Below, piece after piece: positions 11,867-24,532 of a stretch of 64,000 nucleotides of DNA; the stretch's first letter is position 1; each line of letters begins with the position of its first letter. The DNA comes from Syntrophales bacterium (GTDB lineage: Bacteria; Desulfobacterota; Syntrophia; Syntrophales; PHBD01). Location: NCBI GenBank assembly GCA_963668175.1, contig OY764159.1, positions 1,568,001-1,632,000 on the forward strand. Direction: 5' to 3'. The notes below the pieces were generated by a model. It had not been told where the DNA came from, searched no databases, and saw only the letters and a list, made by a program, of their open reading frames with translations. The translations under genes were made by a program, and so were the position numbers.

Positions 11867-11915
11867 AACTATCTCTCCTTTCATGTTAATTGAAATCTGG
11901 TGGTCTGAAAAACCT

Positions 11916-12554
11916 TCATCCGCCCCACGAATATTCCGAACGGGTCTTGCGGAATTTTTCCATTTTGACTTCCTTGAAGCCGCGCTCCATAGCGGCCACG
12001 TCGCTGACGATCTTGGCGAGGTTTTCCTTCTTTGCCATGCCCGTCACCTTGGCCATGGCGCCCAGGATGGGCGCGGCGATACCGGCACCGACACCGGCGG
12101 CATCGACGCCGCCTTCCGATCCGGAGAAGTCGATCGTGCGGATTCCCGAGATCTTGTCCGCATCGACGGTCGCGACGGCGCCGAGAATGTCGGCATTGGG
12201 GATGAACTTGAGCATATAGTCGATGGATCTGTTCGTGTTGATAATCAGCAATCCCCCTTCGGGCATGCCCTTGAGGATATTGATTCCTTTGACAATGGTC
12301 GGCTCGACGATGACGACGATATCGGGATGGTTGTTGGTATAGAGGTACTTCATCTCGATTTCCTCGTCGCTGATGCGGACGTACTTCCTCGTAGTGACGA
12401 GGACGCGGTCCGGCAGGTCTTCGTAGTTGTCGAAGGCCTGCACAAATTTCCCGCCCATCTGGGCGGCCTGGGCGAAGGCATTGGCAACGTCGCGGGCCTC
12501 CTTGTCCATCGTGACCCCCCTCGTCCAAACGGTTACTTCAGTCATTTTTGCCAT
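11916..12554 (-). CDS. Oxalate oxidoreductase gamma-type subunit (N-terminal part of OorD)
   Basis: TVWTRGV…NYEDLPDRV…SGSEGGVDAAGVGAGIAAP closely resembles the N-terminal domain of Moorella OorD as I recall it. Confidence 0.85.
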   Translation of the reverse strand: MAKMTEVTVWTRGVTMDKEARDVANAFAQAAQMGGKFVQAFDNYEDLPDRVLVTTRKYVRISDEEIEMKYLYTNNHPDIVVIVEPTIVKGINILKGMPEGGLLIINTNRSIDYMLKFIPNADILGAVATVDADKISGIRTIDFSGSEGGVDAAGVGAGIAAPILGAMAKVTGMAKKENLAKIVSDVAAMERGFKEVKMEKFRKTRSEYSWGG

Positions 12555-12629
12555 ATGATTGTTCCTCCTTCATGATAATGCTGAACCGTTAATTGAAACT
12601 CGAAATTACCAGTCGTCTCTCGTCGGCGG

Positions 12630-13343
12630 TTAAGCCTTGTTTCCACCTCCTTCTCGTTTTTTTATGAGTAGGGCCTTTTCTATGCCTTCCAGATGACGCT
12701 TCATCGCCTTCTTGGCCTCCTTTCCGTCCCGGCATTTCACCGCGGCCAGGATGGCGCGGTGACCGTCCAGGGACTTCCGTTTTCTTTCTTCCGTCTGGAG
12801 ATACTCGTCGCGCGTTTTCCGAAGCAGGCGGACGAGGGCCACGTTGAGCCTCTCCAGGACGGCATTCCTGGACATCCGGGAAAGGGCGATATGGAAATTG
12901 GAATCCGATAGAACGGAATGCCCGCCCTCCTTCAGGTCGTTTTCCTGCTTGCCGATGAGCCTTTCCAGTTCCTTGACGTCTCTTGCCGTTGCATTCTGGC
13001 TTGCAAGTTCGGCGATTTCCGACTCGATGATTTTGCGGACGGCGAACATGTCGATCATGTCGTCTTTTTCCGTGAAAATGGACGATGCCAGGGGCTGAAT
13101 GATGGCCTCTTCGCTGGACGCCATGACGTACGTGCCGTCCCCCTGCCGCCTCTCGACGAGGTTCAGGGTCTCGAGCGAAAGGATGGCCTCCCGCACTGTG
13201 GAGCGGGAGACTTTAAAGGTTTCCGAGAGTTCGTTTTCGTTGGGGAGTTGGTCGCCCTGCTTGAGCCTGCCGTTGGTGATGAGTTCCTTGATCTGCGTGA
13301 CGATGTCTTCGTATGCGCGTTTCTTTTTGACCTCTTTCAACAT
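12630..13343 (-). CDS. FadR-subfamily GntR transcriptional regulator
   Basis: GRLKQGDQLPNENELSETFKVSRSTVREA wHTH plus an FCD domain (DSNFH…SRN). Confidence 0.9.
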   Translation of the reverse strand: MLKEVKKKRAYEDIVTQIKELITNGRLKQGDQLPNENELSETFKVSRSTVREAILSLETLNLVERRQGDGTYVMASSEEAIIQPLASSIFTEKDDMIDMFAVRKIIESEIAELASQNATARDVKELERLIGKQENDLKEGGHSVLSDSNFHIALSRMSRNAVLERLNVALVRLLRKTRDEYLQTEERKRKSLDGHRAILAAVKCRDGKEAKKAMKRHLEGIEKALLIKKREGGGNKA

Positions 13344-15475
13344 GACGATAGCCCATCCCTTTCTCGGATAAGATTTATGGCCTCCCGGAAATGGGAGGAG
13401 TTCACGGCAAATTGATCGGATCGCGATACCTGCGGGGTGGTGATGAACTCCGTAATAGCCGCCATGACGGCGTTCCGACAGATGAAGGCGATTTGGGAGC
13501 CTGCCATTCCTTCCGTCTGCCGGGCCAACGCCGCCATGTCGACATCGTGGGCGATGGGTTTGTCCTTCAGATTGACCTTGAAAATCTCGAGACGGTCCTT
13601 TTCGTCGGCCATGGGGAAAGGGATGATATAGTCGAGACGGCCCGCCCTCGTCAGGCCGGGGTCGAGCAAATCTTCGCGGTTGGTGGCGCCGAGGACGATG
13701 ATCTGGGAAAGGTCCGTCAGGTTGTCCAGTTCGTTGAAAAACTGGCTCGCCATTCTCTCGACGACGGCCCCGCCGTCGCTTGCGCCCTGGCGCGTCAAGC
13801 CCAGCGTATCGATTTCGTCGAAAAAGAGGATGCACGGCGCCGATTGCTTGGCCTTCTTGAATATCTGGTGGAGGGCCTTTTCCGATTCCCCGAGCCATTT
13901 TGAGAAGAGGATGGGGACGCTGATGGAGATGAAATTAAGTCCCGTTTCACCAGCGAGGGCCTTCGCCATGAGCGTCTTTCCCGTTCCGGACGGCCCGGAG
14001 AAGAGGATGCCCCGGGGCGGCATGACCTTGCCGGCGGCGAACAACTCCGGGTATTTCGTCGGCCATTCGACGATGGAGATCAGGGTTTCCTTGATCTTGT
14101 TGAGGCCGCCGACATGGTGCCACTTGACGTTGGAGCGCTCGGTGTAGAACTCGCGGGTCGCCGTCGGTTCGATCTCCCGGAGCGCCATGAGAAAATCGTC
14201 CATGGTGATCTGCAGGTGGCCGGAGTTGCCGAGAATATTCTCCAGCCTGTCTTCGCCCTCCAGGGACAGGTATCGCCTGAGGGCGACCATGCCCGCCTCC
14301 TTGCACAGGGCTTCCAGATCGGCGCCGACAAAGGCATGGGTGATCCGGGCGAGGCGGTCGAGGTCCACATCCGGCGCCAGCGGCATACGGTGGCTGTGGA
14401 TACCGAGAATGGCCCTCCGTCCTTCGACATTGGGGACAGGGATGACGATCTCGCGGTCGAAGCGACCCGGACGCCTCAGGGCCGGGTCGATGACCTCGGG
14501 AATGTTTGTTGCACCTATGACGACCACGTGCCCCCGCGATACCATGCCGTCCATGAGGGCGAGCAATTGGGCCACGACGCGCTTTTCCACGTCGCCCAGC
14601 ACCTCGGCCCGCTTGGGAGCGATGGCGTCGATTTCGTCGATGAAGATGACGCTGGGGGCCTTCAGGGTGGCTTCTTCGAATATCTCGCGGAGCCTGGCCT
14701 CGCTTTCGCCGTAGAACCGGTGGATGATTTCCGGACCGTTGACCCGTATGAAATGAAGCCTCGTCTCGCTGGCAATGGCGCGGGCGATCAGGGTCTTGCC
14801 CGTACCGGGCGGTCCGTAGAGGAGCACGCCCTTCGGGGCCTGGATGCCCAGCTTTTCGAAAGCCTCGGCGTAACGCAGAGGCAGCTCGACCATTTCCCGG
14901 ACGAGCCTGAGTTCCTTCTCCAGGCCGCCGATATGATCGTAGGAGACGATCTGCGAGGGCTCCAGGCTGAAGTCGGGTTTCTTCAGGACGAAGGACGTCT
15001 GCTGGTTGATAATGACGCCGCCCGAAGGCGACGTGGCCTCGACGAGAAAATAACGCTCTTTTCCCGCCAGGAAGGGCATATTGATCCGGTCGCCGACGAT
15101 AACGGCGATCCCCTGGAGGACTTTCGCAAATTGCTCCATCTCCCGTTCGTCGGGAAGGACGGTGGTGAAATCGACCGGTGTGATGACGACCGAGATCGCC
15201 GTCCTGCGGCTGATTTTTTTGATCTTGACCGTTCCGCCCGGAAGAGCCTGGGCGTTTTCACGGGTAAGACCGTCGATATAGACGGCTTTTTTGCCGCTGT
15301 ATTGCGGGAAGGCGGCCGTCAGGCGGGCCACAGTCGTCTTTCTCCCGGAGATCTCCACGACGTCGCCTAGCGTGCCCTTGAGGGAGGCAATGTCTTCGGG
15401 ATCGAGGCGGGCAAGACCTTTGCCCACATCGTCGGGAAGGGCTTCGTCGACTTTGAATTCCAGGACCGTATCCAT
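13337..15475 (-). CDS. CDC48/VAT-family double-ring AAA+ ATPase
   Basis: N-domain DVGKGLARLD. Two AAA modules (GPPGTGKT/IDEID/RPGRFD and GPSGTGKT/FDEID/RAGRLD). Confidence 0.9.
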   Translation of the reverse strand: MDTVLEFKVDEALPDDVGKGLARLDPEDIASLKGTLGDVVEISGRKTTVARLTAAFPQYSGKKAVYIDGLTRENAQALPGGTVKIKKISRRTAISVVITPVDFTTVLPDEREMEQFAKVLQGIAVIVGDRINMPFLAGKERYFLVEATSPSGGVIINQQTSFVLKKPDFSLEPSQIVSYDHIGGLEKELRLVREMVELPLRYAEAFEKLGIQAPKGVLLYGPPGTGKTLIARAIASETRLHFIRVNGPEIIHRFYGESEARLREIFEEATLKAPSVIFIDEIDAIAPKRAEVLGDVEKRVVAQLLALMDGMVSRGHVVVIGATNIPEVIDPALRRPGRFDREIVIPVPNVEGRRAILGIHSHRMPLAPDVDLDRLARITHAFVGADLEALCKEAGMVALRRYLSLEGEDRLENILGNSGHLQITMDDFLMALREIEPTATREFYTERSNVKWHHVGGLNKIKETLISIVEWPTKYPELFAAGKVMPPRGILFSGPSGTGKTLMAKALAGETGLNFISISVPILFSKWLGESEKALHQIFKKAKQSAPCILFFDEIDTLGLTRQGASDGGAVVERMASQFFNELDNLTDLSQIIVLGATNREDLLDPGLTRAGRLDYIIPFPMADEKDRLEIFKVNLKDKPIAHDVDMAALARQTEGMAGSQIAFICRNAVMAAITEFITTPQVSRSDQFAVNSSHFREAINLIRERDGLSSC

Positions 15476-15496
15476 GACGTTACCGGAAGGGGGATT

Positions 15497-15553
15497 GTAT
15501 AATCATCAGATGATTGTACGATCGAACATTACCAGCATTGCCGGATTTGTCAA
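15497..15553 (-). promoter_or_regulatory. Sigma70-like promoter with a downstream palindromic operator for the oxalate operon
   Basis: Minus-strand TTGACA (15553-15548), 16 nt, TAATGT. Palindrome AATCATC-A-GATGATT at 15501-15515. Confidence 0.6.
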
Positions 15554-15730
15554 TACCTTTTCTTTAAAGAAAGACAAGAATCGGCCGCAAGATACCTGCT
15601 GAAAGTATTGTTATACAGGGAATCTGGAGGCAGCGAGAGAGGAAGTGCCCTGTAGTAGGGAATGACGTTTTACATAAGGACGGGGCCACGGCCGTTTGCG
15701 TATAACGGAACGGCGCTGCAAACGCGGTTC

Positions 15731-15769
15731 AAAAAAGAACCCACCTGTTATTCTAAAGCAGGTGGGTTC
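15731..15769 (-). terminator. Intrinsic terminator of ppsA
   Basis: GAACCCACCTG…CAGGTGGGTTC followed by T6 on the minus strand. Confidence 0.8.
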
Positions 15770-15841
15770 CGTAAGCAAGTCTTTTTATCAGCAACCGGGT
15801 TTTGCCGGCGGGCTTAAGTCAAGCTCCGCCGTTCGCAGTTG

Positions 15842-18706
<2,865 letters not shown>

Positions 18707-19086
18707 TAGATTCCTCCTGATTTTAGGGTGTTGTCACATCCTTTTGCTAGACGCCTTAAGAGTTTGTGTCGTCTTTAGCAGTTTTACAAGATGAAGTCAA
18801 ATGTATTCCGCCGCTATGACAGCGGGCCTGTCCGGCCTGGCGGGGTTTTGCGTCCTTTATAAAAATATCCGAAGCTTAGGGAGAAGGCAATGAAAAAAGG
18901 GCGCCTCGCGCTCTGTCCGCGGGGCGCCCTTCCGTTCCGGAGAGCGATATCAGTGTGCAGTGCGGCGTTCCGTTTTCCTGCCTTTGCTTATCTTGCGTTT
19001 GTGCCGCTGACAGGGCCCCGCGGCCGGGTTTGCCGGGCATTCAGCCGCATGAAACGGAGGAATTCCGTTTCAAAGGCACCGCTATC

Positions 19087-19680
19087 CTACTTCTTGCCCG
19101 TCTTTCCCTTCTTGGGCGGCGGAGCGGCGGCCAATTCCTTGAAGACGGCATCCCATTTGTCGATGATGGCCACCTTCATGTCCCCTGCCAGCTTTTTGGC
19201 GATGACGGGATCGCTGTTGAGGCTGTCCTTGGCGACCTTAAGTCCGTCGGCGTAAGCCTTGCCGTCGGCCTCCCAGGCCTCCTTCTGGTCCTTCATCCGC
19301 TTTTCAACGGCCTTGGCGGCGGTCTCCAGATTCTTCCATGCCTCTTCTACGCCGGCCAGGGCTGCCGTTGCCTCGCTCACCGCGGCTTTTTTGCCCTCAG
19401 CGGCGGCGGCAGCGGCCTTTGCAAACGCGGCCTTGGCATTGACGTAGCTTTGCTTGGCTTCTTCGTATTTCTGCTCGTTCATTTGTACTTCCGCACCGTT
19501 CCAAGCCATCATGGCGGCATTGAAGTCGGCGGCGGCATACTTGCCGGCGCTGGCGGCTATGGCTGCGTCCATGGCCGTCTTCGCTGCCGCCTTTTCCGCA
19601 TCCGGTGGACTGGCACAGCCGACGAATGCGAGGGCCAGCGCCAAAACCAGTGGCAATAACATGTTCCTGAATTGCTTCAT
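19087..19680 (-). CDS. Alanine-rich helical lipoprotein (DUF4398-like)
   Basis: Lipobox FVGC followed by ASPP and AGKYAA…A..Y.EAK pattern. GGGAGG RBS. Confidence 0.7.
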   Translation of the reverse strand: MKQFRNMLLPLVLALALAFVGCASPPDAEKAAAKTAMDAAIAASAGKYAAADFNAAMMAWNGAEVQMNEQKYEEAKQSYVNAKAAFAKAAAAAAEGKKAAVSEATAALAGVEEAWKNLETAAKAVEKRMKDQKEAWEADGKAYADGLKVAKDSLNSDPVIAKKLAGDMKVAIIDKWDAVFKELAAAPPPKKGKTGKK

Positions 19681-19863
19681 GATTTGAACCCTCCCTTTTT
19701 TAGTATGAATCATGGAAAAAAACGCTCCTACTCTTATACGCTCTGCGTGTGTTGTCAAGCCATTTTACAGCGAATTTGAAGAGAAAACGCGTAAAAAGAA
19801 GAGGTGAGCCGGGGGCGGATCATGCCGTTCGCGAGGCATCTTTCTCTTTCCGGAAGAGAGGAC

Positions 19864-20685
19864 TTACCCCCGGCCGATCCATCCCGCGAGCTTTCCTGCC
19901 GAGAAAAGAACCGCTGCCAGGCAGAAATTGGCGAAGGACAAGAAAACGGCAAAGACGAGGACGCCGCCCATCTCCCGCATGGAAGCCGCAAAACGGAGAA
20001 GGTACGTATGCCAGAGGGAGAGGCCGGCGAGATAGGCGATCACGTTGATAAGGAGCAGGATTGCCGCCAGGACGGCCGCTCCCCAGAGGCACCCCTTGAT
20101 GTCCGGGATGCTCAGGCCCATATGGGAGGCGATGCAGAACGAGCCGTAGAGAAAAGCCCAAAACAGAGGGCTCGCCAGGCTCCCGGGATAAAAGAGGAGA
20201 GAGAAGAAGGCCGGCAGGCAATCGGGCCTCGCTAACGGCCCCCACAGCGACGATGAACAGCTCCGGATGGCGGCGAGGGCCGCGCTTTTGCCCGGGACCA
20301 GGAAATAAAATCCGGCGAGGATCAGGGCCGAGCCGAGAAGAATAGGACCTGTGGCAATGAAGAGGTTGCCGACGTTCTGATAGATGCTTCTCCTGTTCCA
20401 GGCGTGCTCCACGGAGCCGGCCGAACCGTCCTTCGCAAACGGCGCCCAGAGGCGCAGCTTTTGGATCTTGTGTCCGAACAGAGGGCAGAAGACGGCGTGG
20501 CCCAGTTCGTGGACGGGTGTGCCGAGCCAGCCGGTAATCAGCACGCCGGCGGTCGGCCCCAGGGCCCGCATATACAGATACTGGGCCGTTCTGGCGAGGA
20601 TGTGGAGCACAAGCCCCATGACGCAGAACCAGCCCAGAAGGGCGGCCAATTGCTGCAGGGTTGTGAGTGCGATTTGTTTTAGCAT
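19864..20685 (-). CDS. Membrane protein with an HExxH motif (M50-like metalloprotease?)
   Basis: Multiple TM segments, GTPVHELGH, and GLSIPD. Confidence 0.65.
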   Translation of the reverse strand: MLKQIALTTLQQLAALLGWFCVMGLVLHILARTAQYLYMRALGPTAGVLITGWLGTPVHELGHAVFCPLFGHKIQKLRLWAPFAKDGSAGSVEHAWNRRSIYQNVGNLFIATGPILLGSALILAGFYFLVPGKSAALAAIRSCSSSLWGPLARPDCLPAFFSLLFYPGSLASPLFWAFLYGSFCIASHMGLSIPDIKGCLWGAAVLAAILLLINVIAYLAGLSLWHTYLLRFAASMREMGGVLVFAVFLSFANFCLAAVLFSAGKLAGWIGRG

Positions 20686-20773
20686 GTCTTCCGGATCTCC
20701 TCGGCAAGCCTCCGCGAAGCGCCGGCGCTTTATGGTATCGGCGCGGTCCTTCTATTACGGAGGTTTTCGCCTG

Positions 20774-21322
20774 TTATCTCTTATAATAGGATATCAGGGA
20801 TGCCTTGGCGATCGTGTGAAAATGGAGATTGAAACCCACGAGGGCCGGGGACGCCTTTTCGTCGAGGTCCAGTTTCGCTGTGTCCAGGGCATAGACGGTG
20901 AAGACGTACCGGTGGGGCTTGTCGCCGGCCGGGGGGCAGGCGCCGCCGAATCCCGGTTTGCCGAAGTCGGTGACGGACTGGATGCTGCCCGCAGGCGCCA
21001 GGCCTTTTTCGATATTGCCGGCGCCGGTTTTAAGTTCGCTCACATTCGCGGGGATGTTGAAGATGACCCAGTGCCACCAGCCGCTGCCCGTCGGGGCGTC
21101 GGGGTCGTAAACCATGACGGCGAAGCTCTTCGTATTGGTGGGGGCGTTGACCCATCTGAGCGCCGGCGATATATTCCGGCCGGTGCACCCGAACCCGGCA
21201 AAGACCTGGTCGTTCGTCAACTGGCCCCGCAAGTCGGTGCTCGTCAGAGTGAATTCCTGGGCCCGGACGGTTGCCGCGCCCAGAAGGACGGCCAAAAAGG
21301 CGATCAATAGCACTCTCTTCAT
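20774..21322 (-). CDS. YbhB/YbcL family Raf-kinase-inhibitor-like (PEBP) protein, exported
   Basis: Signal peptide, DPDAPTGSGWWHW, and GACPP…HRY motifs. Confidence 0.92.
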   Translation of the reverse strand: MKRVLLIAFLAVLLGAATVRAQEFTLTSTDLRGQLTNDQVFAGFGCTGRNISPALRWVNAPTNTKSFAVMVYDPDAPTGSGWWHWVIFNIPANVSELKTGAGNIEKGLAPAGSIQSVTDFGKPGFGGACPPAGDKPHRYVFTVYALDTAKLDLDEKASPALVGFNLHFHTIAKASLISYYKR

Positions 21323-21422
21323 TTTTCCCTCCCTTTCGTTGTGGCAGTGGCGGTCCGCTCCGGGCGGGGCCGCAATCATGGCCGGCGGAGGCGTCTTACT
21401 CTCTCCGCCCGGCATTCCGTCT

Positions 21423-22493
21423 TTATTTCAGGGTGATGGCCTTGACGGGGCAGATCTCCTGGCAACAGAAGCAACCGATGCACAGGGCCTTGTCCACCCG
21501 GGGCAGATCGTCGTCGTCCATGGACAGGGCCGACACGGGACACTGCTCGACGCAGGCCCCGCAGCCTGTGCACAATTCGGGGTCGGCCTGGGGATGCAGG
21601 ACGGTCTTGCTGTGGATCAGGTCCTGCATGGACTTATTCCCGATCGTCGCCTCGCCGCCGAGCGGGGGCAGCTTGAACTCGGGGATGACAAAGAAGTCGC
21701 CGACGATGTCGACGGTCCGGAGGTCGTAGTCGCCCAGGCCTTCTTCCCTGGCCTTGCGGAGGAACCGCAGGCGGCCGGGATCCAGGCCCATCATCGCGGC
21801 CACGACGGCGTCGAGGGCGACGGCGTTGTCGGATGCGAGTATCCGGCCGATGTTCCGGAGATCGGGCGAGGCGGGGCCGTTGCCTTCCATCCCCACGACG
21901 GCGTCCATGATGAAGAGATCGGGGACGCGGAGCTTGAATACCTCGACCATCATATCGTGAAAGCGCTCCGCCGTGCCCGCCGCTTTGTGCAGCTTTGCCT
22001 TCTGGGCGCCGGGAAGCAGGCCGTAACTGTTCTTGACGGCGCCGGTCATGACGGTGAGGCCGTGGGTCTTGAACTTGGGCAGGCTGATGACGATATCGGC
22101 GTCCATGGCCGCCTGGGACAGGCTCACTTCGGGCATGTAATCGGGATTGAAGGCGACTTTTACGGAATCGTTGCCGATGTTCCGGTAGAAGTCCCCCGCC
22201 GCCTCCATCAGGCCCGTTTGCCGGAAGCAGTCTTCGTTCTGGCCGTAGCCGAAGATTCCGGGGTTGTCGCCGACGACGATCTCGGCGGGACCCAGGCTTT
22301 TCGCCTTCCCGACGACCGCTTTAAGGACGGCGGGATGGGTCGTGATGGCCTCTTCCGGTGTCGCCCCCCGCAGGACATTGGGCTTGACGAGGACTTTTTT
22401 CCCTTTCAGTTGCAGCGGAAAGAGGGCAAAGGCCCGGTCTACGGCTCCGCGGACGTTTTCATAGGTGGCGGGATGAATCATCACTTTGGGCAT
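21423..22493 (-). CDS. DUF362-domain protein with C-terminal 2x[4Fe-4S]
   Basis: VKPN, TTHP, SLPKFKTH and GMEGNGP, plus CTGCGACVEQCP and CIGCFCCQEICP. Confidence 0.88.
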   Translation of the reverse strand: MPKVMIHPATYENVRGAVDRAFALFPLQLKGKKVLVKPNVLRGATPEEAITTHPAVLKAVVGKAKSLGPAEIVVGDNPGIFGYGQNEDCFRQTGLMEAAGDFYRNIGNDSVKVAFNPDYMPEVSLSQAAMDADIVISLPKFKTHGLTVMTGAVKNSYGLLPGAQKAKLHKAAGTAERFHDMMVEVFKLRVPDLFIMDAVVGMEGNGPASPDLRNIGRILASDNAVALDAVVAAMMGLDPGRLRFLRKAREEGLGDYDLRTVDIVGDFFVIPEFKLPPLGGEATIGNKSMQDLIHSKTVLHPQADPELCTGCGACVEQCPVSALSMDDDDLPRVDKALCIGCFCCQEICPVKAITLK

Positions 22494-22758
22494 GGCAAAA
22501 CCTCGCTTAACATTCTCTCGTATTTTAACCCAAGATCGGAAGAAGCGCAAGGAGAGGCCTGTCTGATGGAGGTCCTGCGGAAATTCCCGTCGTGTCCGCC
22601 GTGCGGGCCCGGTGGAGAGGTCGGCCGGGACGGCGTGTGCATGCCGCGATTTGTTCCGCGGAGGATGTCTTTATGCAATGAAAAGGGCGGCCCCGACAGG
22701 GCCGCCCCATAGATACACTGTTCTTGTATACCGGAAGGCGTTTCCGGACCGATCCCGG

Positions 22759-23829
22759 TTACTTTGCCGGAGTCTTGGCGATGAAGGTGAATTCGACCCT
22801 CCTGTTGGCGTCGCCGGTGGTGTTTGCGAAAAGCGCCGGCGATGTCCCGGCCCCGGAAGCCTCCAGGTATGCGGCGTTTATCTTGCCTTTGTCCATGAGG
22901 AGGCTTTTCAGTTTGGCCGCCATGGCGTTCGTCGCCGCAATATCCTCGCCCTTGGGCGGTTTGCCGTGACCGAAGACCTTGACGTCCAGCCGGTATTCGG
23001 GGTTTTTCGCGGCGACGGCAGCGATATCGCCGGCGATCTTCTCCGCGCCGGGGGCCAGTTCGAGGCCCTTCTTGGTTGTCTTGAAGAAGGCGCTTCTTGG
23101 GATGACGACGGTGGCCCCGTCGGCGGCTATCCGCGACACGATCCCCAGCTTGCTCAGGTCGGCGAGAAAATCCCGGGCCTTGGTCGCCGCGGTCAGCCTT
23201 GCCTGGACCTGGACGAACTCGACGCCCTTCTGGGACTTGATGCCGTTCAGTTCATCCTTGATCTTCTTGTTCTCGCTCGTAAGATCTTCCCTGGTGAGAT
23301 TCAAGGACGCGATCTCGGCCTTGAGGGACGTGTTTTCCTTCGACAGGGAGGCGACCTGGCCGGAGAGGCTCGTCTTGGCGCTGCCCGTCTCCGTCTTCAA
23401 TCGCTCGATCTCGACGTTCTTGTCTTCGAAAACCTTAATGCGGGCCTTCATGTCCCGGATCTTCTTCTCGATGGTCTCCTTCTCCTGGACCTGGGCCGCC
23501 GTATCGAGTCGCGCCGTGACGATGGCCACGGTTATATCCGCCATGGAAGCGTAGTGCCGGACCGTCGGTTCGGCCTCGTCCTTAAGGCCTCCGAGGAGTC
23601 CCAGGTTCTTCTTGTATTCGCCCTCCGCCATCTTGAGATAGTTTTGGGCGGTGATGATGTCGTCCTGATAGTCCTTGTTGTCCGCGTTTCTTTTGATCAG
23701 GTTGTTCAGGTTGGTCTTGGCTTGTTCAATGGCCAGCATGGCCTTCGTCTTGTCGGCGGCCATGACGGCGGGGGATGCAAGAACGGTGCAGATAATGCCT
23801 ATGACGATGAAGAGGGCTGTCTTTTTCAT
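22759..23829 (-). CDS. Exported coiled-coil protein with a degenerate OmpA-like C-terminal domain
   Basis: Signal peptide, heptad region, and C-terminal GAGTSP…ANRRVEF. Confidence 0.7.
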   Translation of the reverse strand: MKKTALFIVIGIICTVLASPAVMAADKTKAMLAIEQAKTNLNNLIKRNADNKDYQDDIITAQNYLKMAEGEYKKNLGLLGGLKDEAEPTVRHYASMADITVAIVTARLDTAAQVQEKETIEKKIRDMKARIKVFEDKNVEIERLKTETGSAKTSLSGQVASLSKENTSLKAEIASLNLTREDLTSENKKIKDELNGIKSQKGVEFVQVQARLTAATKARDFLADLSKLGIVSRIAADGATVVIPRSAFFKTTKKGLELAPGAEKIAGDIAAVAAKNPEYRLDVKVFGHGKPPKGEDIAATNAMAAKLKSLLMDKGKINAAYLEASGAGTSPALFANTTGDANRRVEFTFIAKTPAK

Positions 23830-24218
23830 TTTGGGTCCCCCTTTCCGGCCAGAATCGATTCGAGGCGCTGTTCGAGCTGCTTCAACTCCGTCCGCGATAC
23901 GGCCGTCTTGTCAGTCGCCTCGCGTTCGTCCGCCGTTGCATTAGCCAGCGTGATCTGCAGATTCGCCATTTCAATCGCCTGTTTGGCGGTCTTCTCGTCG
24001 CCGGCTTCTATTGCCTGCTGGGCCTTGAAGACGTTGCTTTTCGTGCTTTCGATGATTTCCCTGGCATACTTGCCGGCTTTGGTGTCGGTCAGTTTTTCCA
24101 CAGCCTCTTTCGTCTGCCGGTATTCGTCGATAGTCGCCTTCGTGACCCCTTCGCCGGCCGCCGCCGGTGTGACGATCATCAGCATGACGGCCACACACAG
24201 CCCATGATGAATTTTCAT
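23826..24218 (-). CDS. Small exported helical protein (DUF4398-like)
   Basis: Signal peptide and AGKYA motif. Overlaps the OmpA-like gene by 4 nt. GAGGAGG RBS. Confidence 0.65.
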   Translation of the reverse strand: MKIHHGLCVAVMLMIVTPAAAGEGVTKATIDEYRQTKEAVEKLTDTKAGKYAREIIESTKSNVFKAQQAIEAGDEKTAKQAIEMANLQITLANATADEREATDKTAVSRTELKQLEQRLESILAGKGDPK

Positions 24219-24268
24219 GACAACCTCCTCACTTGTATGATGAATTCTACGAAAACGCGTTGAGTGGA

Positions 24269-24297
24269 ACTATAGGCCCGCCCATGCGATGTGTCAA
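24269..24297 (-). promoter_or_regulatory. Sigma70 promoter
   Basis: TTGACA-17 nt-TATAGT on the minus strand, upstream of 24218. Confidence 0.75.
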
Positions 24298-24532
24298 TAA
24301 AAAATCGGCACTGTCGAAAATGCGGCGCGGACGGCCGCCGGATCAGGACAGTCCGCGGCCTGTGCAATGATTAGGACCTTCGGCGGTACTTCGGCTGGGC
24401 GATTCTGGTGATCCGGACGAGACCGTCGGCTGAGATCCGGCTTGATAGGCGATAGCCTCTACCGAAGCTGCCCGCGGAACGATTGCGTGTGAGCCGGCGA
24501 TCGGCCATACGTGCGGCGTATATCGTCCCGTT

